DNA from: Bacillota bacterium
GTDB lineage: Bacteria > Bacillota > SHA-98 > Ch115 > JABLXJ01
Direction: 5' to 3'
Length of the DNA stretch: 64,000 nucleotides
Assembly: GCA_012839815.1 (NCBI GenBank)
Contig: DUMQ01000146.1
Coordinates: 6,141 to 70,140 of the forward strand
The position numbers and the translations under genes were made by a program. Position 1 is the first letter of the stretch. Every line of letters starts with the position of its first letter. The notes under the pieces are model-generated. The model did not search any database and was not told the origin of the DNA. It was given only the letters and a program-made list of their open reading frames with translations. Positions 40,891 through 49,900 of the stretch are shown one piece after another.

Positions 40891-41628
40891 ATGGCTAATA
40901 TGCTTAAGTGGAGGCCGCGGATATCGCCCCGGGCTTTCACGTCTATTTTCACGTCTATGATCAAGTCAGGCTTCAAATCGAGGCGCAGCCTGGTTGTGGG
41001 AATAGCGGCGGCCGGGTTCTCGGTTGGGCTCATCCTGGCGGGCCGGACCTTCCTGGCAGTGGAACTGGCGCGCGTGGCCGGGTCAGCAGGATATGCCAGC
41101 CGGGGAGTTGTCGTCTCATCTACAGGGCCACCGCAGCGGCAATGGCCAGAGGAGCGACGCCTTGGTCAGGCGGCACCGGGACCAGGCCGGGAACAGGGGC
41201 AGCGGCAGGAGGCACACCAGGAAGCACCCGAACTCATGATAGATCCGGTGGGCGGCAGGGTAGCCGTGGGGTTCGGGTGGGTGAAGCACCCGCTCTACGG
41301 CGACTGGCGGTACAATGGGGGTTGGGATATAGCGACCGAGGCCGGCGAAAGGATTCGCGCCGCGCTCTCAGGACACGTAGTTGAAGTGGGCGAAGGCGAC
41401 GCGCCGGGACGAAGGATTGTTCTCCAACACGATAACGATATTCAGACGGTCTATGGCCACTGCGAGACAATTCTCGTCGAGAAGGGCGAAGAAGTCCGCC
41501 AGGGGGACATAATCGGGCAAGTCAGGGACGAAGGCGATCCTATCGGCCCCTACCTGCATTTCGAGGTTCACAGGGGCGGCAAACCATTAGATCCCGGGGC
41601 GTTTCTGCGGCTCTCACCCCAGCGCTAG
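40891..41628 (+). CDS. spoIIQ: SpoIIQ-like M23/LytM domain membrane protein
   Basis: TM plus M23 domain with degenerate metal motifs; lies between spoIID and spoIIID. Confidence 0.75.
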   Translation: MANMLKWRPRISPRAFTSIFTSMIKSGFKSRRSLVVGIAAAGFSVGLILAGRTFLAVELARVAGSAGYASRGVVVSSTGPPQRQWPEERRLGQAAPGPGREQGQRQEAHQEAPELMIDPVGGRVAVGFGWVKHPLYGDWRYNGGWDIATEAGERIRAALSGHVVEVGEGDAPGRRIVLQHDNDIQTVYGHCETILVEKGEEVRQGDIIGQVRDEGDPIGPYLHFEVHRGGKPLDPGAFLRLSPQR

Positions 41629-41686
41629 CATATCCACCCGGTCCCCGCATATAAATGTATTAAACCAGAGGTGGGGGGCCGGGGGA

Positions 41687-41941
41687 ATGAGGGACTACAT
41701 ACGTCGCCGTGTGATTGAGGTGGCAAATTATATAATCGAGACGAAGGCTACGGTCAGGCAAGCGGCGCGCCTTTACAGCGTAAGTAAGAGCACGATTCAT
41801 AAAGACATGACCGAGAGGCTGCCTACAATGAACAAACAGCTCGCACGAAAAGTTAAGAAAATCCTTGAGCAGAACAAAGCCGAGAGACATATTCGGGGTG
41901 GAGAGGCCACCAGAAAAAAATATAAGGAGAAAAAGGAATAA
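41687..41941 (+). CDS. spoIIID: Sporulation transcription regulator SpoIIID
   Basis: ATVR..A....[23 protein letters not shown]. Confidence 0.97.
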   Translation: MRDYIRRRVIEVANYIIETKATVRQAARLYSVSKSTIHKDMTERLPTMNKQLARKVKKILEQNKAERHIRGGEATRKKYKEKKE

Positions 41942-42053
41942 TTTAAGGTCAATTCGGGAGGAAAACATGGACGTATGTAGAAGTCCCAATATTAGCATCC
42001 ATGGTATCCGCACGTTCATGCGCATCATCCAGTGGGCGAAGGGGGATCCAGCC

Positions 42054-43112
42054 ATGTTTGGCTTATCTCCAGACATTGGCATTGATCTCGGGACTGCCAA
42101 TATCAAGGTCTACGTCAAGGGAAAGGGAATAGTCCTCTGTGAACCCTCGGTCGTGGCCCTGGATAAAGAGACCAACAAGGTCCTCGCTGTAGGTAACGAG
42201 GCCCGCGACATGGTTGGACGCACCCCCGGGAATATTAGCGCCGTTCGGCCTCTCAAGGATGGGGTTATTGCTGACTATGATGTAACCGAGACCATGCTCA
42301 GGTATTTTATCGGTTCGGTATGCGGCAAGCGGAGCCTGTTCCGTCCGAGGGTTGTCATCTGCGTCCCCTCTGGCGTTACCGATGTTGAAAGGAGAGCGGT
42401 GTTTGAGGCGGCTATGCAGGCTGGTGCCCGGCGCACCTACCTCGTTGAGGAGCCGGTAGCGGCAGCGCTTGGGGCGGGGCTTGATATATCCGAGCCAAGC
42501 GGGAACATGGTCGTGGATATAGGTGGGGGTACAACGAATGTGGCCGTCCTCTCGCTGAACGGGATTGTGGTTGCCGAAGCCTTGAGGATCGGCGGGGACA
42601 AGTGCGATGAGGCGATTATAAGGCATATCAAGAAGCTGTACAACCTGATGATAGGTGAACGGACCGCAGAGGAAATCAAGATGGAGATAGGTTCCGCCTA
42701 TCCCGGGGAGGAGGTCCGGTCCATCGATATACGTGGGCGCGACCTGGTGACCGGCCTGCCCCGGACGATCAGATATACTTCGACGGAGGCCTTCGAGGCG
42801 CTCACCGAACCGGTAAGCGCCATCGTAAACAGCGTCAGGGGAGTCTTGGAGAGGACTCCTCCGGAGCTCTCGGCGGATATTGTCGATAAGGGTATGGTTT
42901 TGACGGGCGGGGGGGCCAAATTGAAGGGCCTTGACCGCTTGCTGAGAGAGGAAACCGGTATCCCTGTCCAGATTGCTGAAGATCCGCTCGGTTGCGTTGT
43001 GCGGGGGACCGGAAAGATCCTCGAAAGCCTTGTCGATTCATCATATCTATTCTCTCTTCTTGAGGTAAAATCGCGTTACCGAGAAGGATATGTAAGCGAC
43101 GCGGCGAAGTAG
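42054..43112 (+). CDS. mbl: MreB-family rod shape protein Mbl
   Basis: IDLGTAN, EPSVVA, DIGGGTT, LTGGG; follows spoIIID. Confidence 0.93.
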   Translation: MFGLSPDIGIDLGTANIKVYVKGKGIVLCEPSVVALDKETNKVLAVGNEARDMVGRTPGNISAVRPLKDGVIADYDVTETMLRYFIGSVCGKRSLFRPRVVICVPSGVTDVERRAVFEAAMQAGARRTYLVEEPVAAALGAGLDISEPSGNMVVDIGGGTTNVAVLSLNGIVVAEALRIGGDKCDEAIIRHIKKLYNLMIGERTAEEIKMEIGSAYPGEEVRSIDIRGRDLVTGLPRTIRYTSTEAFEALTEPVSAIVNSVRGVLERTPPELSADIVDKGMVLTGGGAKLKGLDRLLREETGIPVQIAEDPLGCVVRGTGKILESLVDSSYLFSLLEVKSRYREGYVSDAAK

Positions 43113-43166
43113 AGTAAGACTGCATAGTGTGTATAGTGCTTACTCTAACCTCGGAGGCGTGCCGCG

Positions 43167-44750
43167 ATGTCCAGGTATTTCCTCGCGTTTGTCATTTGCT
43201 TTGCCCTTCTGGCGCTCATCTTTTCTGGTTGCCTTCCAAGTTCACGCGCCCTCGCAGTTTCGGGAGAGTGTGAGCATCTCCTGCCCGGTGGTGGCCTTTC
43301 TATGGTTACGGGGGTCAGATTCGAGACCTACCCCGAAAAGGTGAGGATTGTATTCGACCTTACCTCTTCAACCACCTACCGGGTGTCGCAGATGCATAAC
43401 CCGCCCAGGATCGTAATAGAAATAGATAATGCTCATGTCCATGAGCCTTGCACGGGTGAGCCTTGCGTAGGTGAACCCCCGCAGGTTTTGTCGGTCGACG
43501 ATGTAGCGGTCCGAGCCATAAGGATCAGCCAGGTCGGGGGCGACCGCGTGCGTGGAGTGGTCGATTTGAGGTATGCGCTACCCAGGTGCCAGGTTTTCAC
43601 CCTGGAGGACCCGGACCGGATCGTCGTGGATGTTCCCAAACAATACATGGAACAGCGCCGGTTAACCATCGCAAGCGGCGTGAAGTACGTCCAGATCGAC
43701 AAGGGGACGTCGCTCGGACCGGTGATGATCGACATGCTCGATGTCGACCTGAATAACCCGAAGATCAGCGTGCGGACTGCGCTGGCTCAAGAGTCGGGCT
43801 TCGGGCGCGCCCCTGTGAGCGCGATAGTAGCTCGCGAGGGGGCGATAGCCGGGGTAAATGGCGTGTATTTCGACTCCACAGGTAGGCCCCTGGGCCTTAT
43901 AATCCTTAATGGTCAGATTGTAACTGAGCCCGTCCTCGGGCGGACGGCGCTCGGGATAACTCGCGATAATAAGGTTTTTATGGATAATGTCGATTTCAAT
44001 GCGACGGTAACCGTTATACCTGCGTCCACATCCACACCAGGCGTTGCGGAGTCGGGTAGCGAAGGCCAGGATGCCGCGACTACTTTTGCAATCGATGGGA
44101 TAAACAGGAGGCGTGGTGAGGACGAGGTTATCCTCTATACACCGTTTTTCGGCGCCACGACCGGGACCAACAACTACGGCGTCGAGGTAGCAGTTGCCGG
44201 TGGCAGGGTTGTGGAGACCGGAAATAGCAACCTCGCTATCCCGCGGGAGGGGTATGTCCTGTCGGCGCATGGAAAGGCGAAGAAATTCCTTACCGGCCTG
44301 AAGCCGGGCGATCAGATAGATATCAGGTTGGGGCTCACCAATGACTGGATGGAGAAGGGTGTAATCTATGCGGTCGGGGGCGGGCCCAGGCTCGTGGCGA
44401 ATGGACAGGTGTCCATAACCAGCACAAAGGAGCGCTTCGGGCCCGATATAGCCCTGAGCCGTGCCCCCAGGACGGCCGTGGGAATCACCGGCGACGGGCA
44501 CCTCCTCCTGGTTACCGTATCGGGCAGGCGGCCTGACATAAGCATAGGGATGACCCTGGATGAGCTTGCCGAATTCATGGTCCAGCAGGGAGCGGTCGAT
44601 GCTATGAACTTTGACGGTGGCGGTTCGTCAACGATGGTCATCCGGGGCTACGTCATCAACCTGCCCTCAGACGGTGTCGAACGCAAGGTGAGTGATGCGA
44701 TTCTCGTTTTTGTGGAGGAGTCGGGGCTATTTGACCGGGCTATTCAGTGA
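43167..44750 (+). CDS. Exported AMIN-domain + phosphodiester glycosidase (NAGPA) protein
   Basis: Signal peptide, RIVFDL/PPRIV/PDRIVVD AMIN repeats, NG.YF, GGGPRL, PRTAVG, NFDGGGSS. Confidence 0.85.
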   Translation: MSRYFLAFVICFALLALIFSGCLPSSRALAVSGECEHLLPGGGLSMVTGVRFETYPEKVRIVFDLTSSTTYRVSQMHNPPRIVIEIDNAHVHEPCTGEPCVGEPPQVLSVDDVAVRAIRISQVGGDRVRGVVDLRYALPRCQVFTLEDPDRIVVDVPKQYMEQRRLTIASGVKYVQIDKGTSLGPVMIDMLDVDLNNPKISVRTALAQESGFGRAPVSAIVAREGAIAGVNGVYFDSTGRPLGLIILNGQIVTEPVLGRTALGITRDNKVFMDNVDFNATVTVIPASTSTPGVAESGSEGQDAATTFAIDGINRRRGEDEVILYTPFFGATTGTNNYGVEVAVAGGRVVETGNSNLAIPREGYVLSAHGKAKKFLTGLKPGDQIDIRLGLTNDWMEKGVIYAVGGGPRLVANGQVSITSTKERFGPDIALSRAPRTAVGITGDGHLLLVTVSGRRPDISIGMTLDELAEFMVQQGAVDAMNFDGGGSSTMVIRGYVINLPSDGVERKVSDAILVFVEESGLFDRAIQ

Positions 44751-44821
44751 GTGGCTAGGCTCCAGGTGGCCAGGTTGCCCACAGCGCGGGCTGCCCGGGA
44801 AGGAGTGTTCAAAGAATCATT

Positions 44822-46771
44822 ATGGCTATGAGTGAAACGCCGCAGGCACGCAGGGGGTCTCCCCCGCTACTATTCCTGCTAATATTGATCTTAATCTCCG
44901 CATTAACCTCAATCATAATATCGCCGGAGACCGGCGACCTGGCCAGGGCGGCCGGGCGTGAGAGGGTTGACTATGATGATTTTATGCCCCTCAGCGCGGT
45001 TAAGCGCGGCATGCGCGGTACGGGCAAGACCGTGGTCCATGGCACGAAGGTCGAGGAATTCGGCGTGGAGGTCCTCGGAGTGCTCAAAGGCGACCTCGGT
45101 GCAGGCGACCTGATTCTCGTGAGGGTGAGCGGCAAGCCAGTTGAAGAGACAGGCGGGATATCGGCGGGGATGAGCGGAAGTCCAGTATATATCGATGGGA
45201 AACTGGTGGGCGCCATATCCATGGCCTACCAGATGTCCGATCACTTCATCGGAGCCGTAACGCCCATCGATAACATGTTGAAGCTCTTCGAAATGGTTAC
45301 ACCAGGGACCAGGACCGGCATGGTCGTTCCTGGCATGGTGCCTGTATCAACCCCGGTTATGGTGAGCGGGATAACAGGTCGGGCGCTCGATCTTTTATCC
45401 AGCCGCCTGAAGAGCCGGGGGAATTTCATTCTTGTGCCCGCGGGGGGCCCCTCATCGGGAACGCCCGGAGGCGCCCGGGCGGAACCTTACACCGGCGCCG
45501 GCAGCTCTGTCAGCACCGGCGGCACTGGCGCCCCTGGCGGCGACCTCATCCCTGGCAGCGCCTTTGGGATTCAGCTCGTCCGGGGCGACGCCAACGTCAT
45601 GGCCATAGGAACCGTAACCTACAGGCAGGGCGATAGCTTTTTGGGTCTAGGCCATCCATTTATGGCGAAAGGGAATGTTAATTTCTTCGCCAGCGGGGCC
45701 TACATCCATTGCGTGGTTCCCAGCGTGTTGATGCCGTTTAAGATCGGGACGCCGACGCAGCCCGCAGGCATGATAACCCAGGACAGGACCGCAGGCGTGC
45801 TTGGCGATGCAGGGGCAAGCCCCAAAGGCATAGCAGTCACGATCAAGGTGGACGATAGGAACCTGAAAAGGACGAGGGAATTCAGGGCCGAGGTAGTGCC
45901 TGATGAGGACCTGGCGCCCGACCTCATCACGGTCCTGGCGCTCCAGGCTGTTGATGCCACAAGCGACCGGGTCGGTCGGGGGACCTCACGGGTGAAGTTT
46001 GAGATACGCGCTAAAGGACTCGAGAACCCCATGGTGCGCGAGAATATGTTTTTCAGCCAGCACGATGTAGCCGCAAGCTCCGTCGCAGAGCTGGGCGAGG
46101 CCATTTCGCTCCTCATGACCAATGAATTCAAGGACCTTGAGATTCAGGAGGTTACAGCCCGGCTCGATATCGATGAAGGTCGTGTATCCGCAAGCATAGA
46201 GGACGCGACCGTAAAGGAGACGAATATAAAGCCCGGCGATACGGTGCATATAGAGGTCAAGATAAGGCCCTTCCGTGCCGAACCTGTGACCCGGGTGATA
46301 ACCCTGACCATCCCCGAGGATACGGCTCCGGGTAGTCTGTATGTGACTGTGAGGGGTGGCGGGGTAACGCCGGGCGGCCAGGAAGCCCACAAACCGGATG
46401 GGGGGAAGGAACCATTTAAAGAAGGCGAGAAGGGCAAGTGGGATGCCCTGGAGAAGATGGTCAAGGATTTCTCGGAGCGGGAAAAGAACAATGATATCGT
46501 GGCGGAGTTTTACCCGAGCCCAGGCGACTCGAGTGAGGCGGGCAATTCAGGCGGCCCGGGCGGCCAGGGTAGCGAGAGCGGGGACAAGGGCCCGGTTCCT
46601 ACATCCCTTGAAAGTGAGCCCATAAAAGCGAAGGTCTCCACCGAATATGTTATAGAGGGATTCAAAGAGATAGAGCTCCAGGTGGGCGAAGCGGGAGAGC
46701 CGAAGGCCGCACGCCTCACGGAAGGTGAAACCGGGGCGGTGGGTTCGGCTGTAAAGAAGTGGTATGATTGA
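44822..46771 (+). CDS. SpoIVB-like S55 peptidase domain protein
   Basis: GM.G.GKTV, GI.AGMSGSPVY..GKLVGA, GHPF, QDR..G. Confidence 0.88.
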   Translation: MAMSETPQARRGSPPLLFLLILILISALTSIIISPETGDLARAAGRERVDYDDFMPLSAVKRGMRGTGKTVVHGTKVEEFGVEVLGVLKGDLGAGDLILVRVSGKPVEETGGISAGMSGSPVYIDGKLVGAISMAYQMSDHFIGAVTPIDNMLKLFEMVTPGTRTGMVVPGMVPVSTPVMVSGITGRALDLLSSRLKSRGNFILVPAGGPSSGTPGGARAEPYTGAGSSVSTGGTGAPGGDLIPGSAFGIQLVRGDANVMAIGTVTYRQGDSFLGLGHPFMAKGNVNFFASGAYIHCVVPSVLMPFKIGTPTQPAGMITQDRTAGVLGDAGASPKGIAVTIKVDDRNLKRTREFRAEVVPDEDLAPDLITVLALQAVDATSDRVGRGTSRVKFEIRAKGLENPMVRENMFFSQHDVAASSVAELGEAISLLMTNEFKDLEIQEVTARLDIDEGRVSASIEDATVKETNIKPGDTVHIEVKIRPFRAEPVTRVITLTIPEDTAPGSLYVTVRGGGVTPGGQEAHKPDGGKEPFKEGEKGKWDALEKMVKDFSEREKNNDIVAEFYPSPGDSSEAGNSGGPGGQGSESGDKGPVPTSLESEPIKAKVSTEYVIEGFKEIELQVGEAGEPKAARLTEGETGAVGSAVKKWYD

Positions 46772-46815
46772 TATAAATTCTCCGCCAGAGGATATATCTT
46801 TCGGCTGATCATATT

Positions 46816-46842
46816 GAAGGAATGGCAGGCGGGGTGTCGAAG
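46816..46842 (+). promoter_or_regulatory. SigH-type promoter motif overlapping a 0A-box (TGTCGAA) before tamB
   Basis: GAAGGAATG-11 nt-GTCGAAG; TGTCGAA at 46835-46841. Confidence 0.5.
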
Positions 46843-46921
46843 TGTACCTTGTCTGCCATTCCTGACTTTTTGGCATAATGATCCATTCATGATGAGGAAT
46901 TTCCTGAGGAGGCGCCTGACC

Positions 46922-49900
46922 ATGAGCATGAGGAAGAAGGCTCTTATCCTGGCTGTTTTCATGAGCGCGCTGGTTGTCGCGGTGCTGTCAGGATATTACT
47001 TGCTTGAGCGCGGTGTGATCGGCGAACGGGTCAGGCTTGCCGCCGCGGCCGAGCTCGAGAGGCACCTTGGCGTGGAGATGAAGATAGACAAGGTTACGCT
47101 TGGCGCTCCCGGGGTCGCCAGGGTATCGGGCGTGAGGGTTAGAATGAAGGATGCCTCGTATGGGGCGTATGGGAGCACTGATTTGCTCAGCTCTCCTGAG
47201 GTCGTTGTGAATTATAACCCTCTTGAGATCTTCGTCCGGAAGTCGGGCGTAGCCGGTAGTATAAAACGAGTCACGTTGGTCAGGCCAAGAATCGTGCTTG
47301 CCAGGGATGCAAGGGGCCACTGGAACCTCGGGGACCTTCTTGAAGGGAAGGCCCTTCAGCTTCAGGGTAGCGGGCCGGGCCGTTTCGCCGGCGACCTCGA
47401 GATAGTCGACGGCGAGATCACGATAATCGACGTGGGGGAACCTGGCTCCAGGGAGACCTTTGCCAATATCAACGGTCAACTGTCCCTTGCGAAGGAGGGC
47501 GTTGTCACCGGGACAGTGGAGCTTGGCACCACAAAGCCCGTAAGCGGCAGGAGCAATGGGAACGGCAGGGGTGGCAAGGTTTCGGCGGATGGGTGGTTCA
47601 ATTATCGGGATCGATCCTACAGCTTGAGGGTCAAGGCTGATGCCCTGCCTGCTACGTATGCCGGATTGAAAGGGAAGAGCATAAGCCTGGGGGGCTTTAA
47701 GCTCCCGGAGGGTGTGTGGGTTTCAAACGCACCGGAAGCTCTTGTGGGGTTCCTTAAGATTCTCAAGGAGTTTTCGGCGGAGGCTACGGGTGATATTGAG
47801 TTCAGCGGCACCGCGGGCTCGGAGCCATCGTTCAAAGGGAAAATCTCCATTGCAAAAGGCGTTCTTGATTTGAGCAAGGTCTACCCCGGGGTGGATACCC
47901 TTTCCGGCGAGGTTGAGGGGGAAGTGAGCTTCGAGGGCGGGTCAGGCAGCGATCCTGTATATTCAGGAAGGCTTACCCTGAAGAAGGCCAGGGTGGACCT
48001 GCGCAATATGCCAGGCGGCATAGTTCGCTTTGGTGGCGACCTGAGCGGTAATATGGCCTTCAAGAGCGAGGGGGCCTCGGATCTATCCATAAAGGGGAAG
48101 GTCGTCCTCGATAAGGGCGATATCGTCGCAAGGGATATATACCGGGATGTAAGGTCGTTATCCGGCGGGGTCGATGGCGAGATCGATTTTGGCGGCAGGA
48201 TCCCTGTGGGGCTCCTGGCAGCTGGAGGAAGCCCGGGCCCGGAGAAGGCGGGCAAGTCAGGGGAAAACGGCCTGAATAAGGCCGGAGATATCGAAGCACT
48301 TCTAAAAAGTGTAGATTATAGCGGACGAATATCAATCTCAGGCGGTCACGTGGATATAGGCGCGATTTTCCCGGGGATTGACGGGATAAGCGGCCCGCTG
48401 GACGGCCAGGTGAATTTCCAGGGGAAGGCCGGGGAGAAGCCGGGCTATCGTGGGGTCCTCCGTATGTCAGGTGCCAAGGTCAGGGCGGGGGATCCCAAGA
48501 GCGGGTTCAAGCTGGTGGAGGGGCCTGTGGATGGCGAGATTAACTTTGAAGGGACATTGGGTAGTGCTCCACGCTACTGGGGCAAGATGAATCTCAAGAA
48601 GGCCAGGATAGAGCTAGGGGATGCCAAGCTACCTGCCAGCCTCGAAGGGCAGTTCGAGTTCAAGGATAGGTCGATGGGGACGGCGACGGCGGCCGCCGGC
48701 GGCCTGGAGATTGGCATAACCCGGGCGTCTGCCGTAGTTGATGGCTCGGAAGTAACGTTTTCCGGGCGCATATGGCCCGGCAGGCATGCGAGGGTCGACC
48801 TTTCGGTGGCGGCGCCCGAATTCAATATGGAGAGCTTGAACAGGCTCGGGGAGCTGTCGTCCAGGTTTTTGCCGGCACCTGTATCTGCGCTATCCGGGTC
48901 CAGGGTCAGCGGTAAGGCCGCGATCAACCTCCGGATTCGAGGCTATGTGGGCGCGCTCTCATGTGACGGCACGGTGGCCCTTGCTGGCGGGTCGCTTAAA
49001 CTAAAATCCCTCGCCGTGCCCATTGAGAAGGTGAAGGGCCAGGTAAGATTCAGCGGGGATAGCGTAGATGTGGTTTCACTCGAAGGTATGCTTGGCACGG
49101 CTCGCGTGAAGGTCCTGGGGAGCATTAGAAATGTGAATGATCCGAACCTGGACCTGAGGCTTTCGGCTGATGGCCTTGATATAGCTACTGTAGCCGGCAT
49201 GGTCGATCAGGTTAAGGTGGCCGCGCGCGGCAAGGGAACGATCGAGGCTACGGTCAAGGGAGGCGTCGATGCCCCCTTCATCACAGGGGAAGCCAGTTTT
49301 GACAGACTCTCTATTGGAGACGGTAAATTGCAGAAAGCGAGGATTGCTTTTCGCTATGGTAACGGCTCCCTGGAGGTGAGGGAGTTATATGGCTCGGTGG
49401 GCGGTGGGACGATCTCGGGCGACGGCGTCCTGGCGTTTGACACCGGGACCGGGTCATCGAATAGCTTCAGGGCACGGAACTCCCTATTCACTCTGAAGGC
49501 TCAGAATGTTGACCTGGAGGCGCTCGGCGCGCTGGCGTCGGGGGCTGGAGCAGCGCCCGGACCGGGGTCCGGGCTGAATATAAATGACCTCGGGCTCCGC
49601 GGCCGCCTGACGGGGAGCGCCATTGTGAAGGGCTCGGGCAATAACTACAGGGCCACGGGGTCGTTCGACGTCACTTCAGGAACCATTGGACAATATCCTT
49701 TTGATCATGTGGAGGCCGACACGCGATTCACCCGCGAGGGGATAGCTTTTGACCGGTTGGTTCTCCAGTGCGGCAAGACGGGCATCCACGCCCGCGGGGA
49801 GGTTAGGCTCGCTGCGAAATCGGTTAGCATCGGTCTCACGGGCCGGGATATCGACCTTAAGGCCCTTATGGGCCTGTTTACCCCGGGCCAGGGGTGGCTG

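Noticed and set aside
44822-46771. Canonical spoIVB
   Set aside because: Long C-terminal extension, no evident PDZ domain and not upstream of spo0A; called SpoIVB-like only
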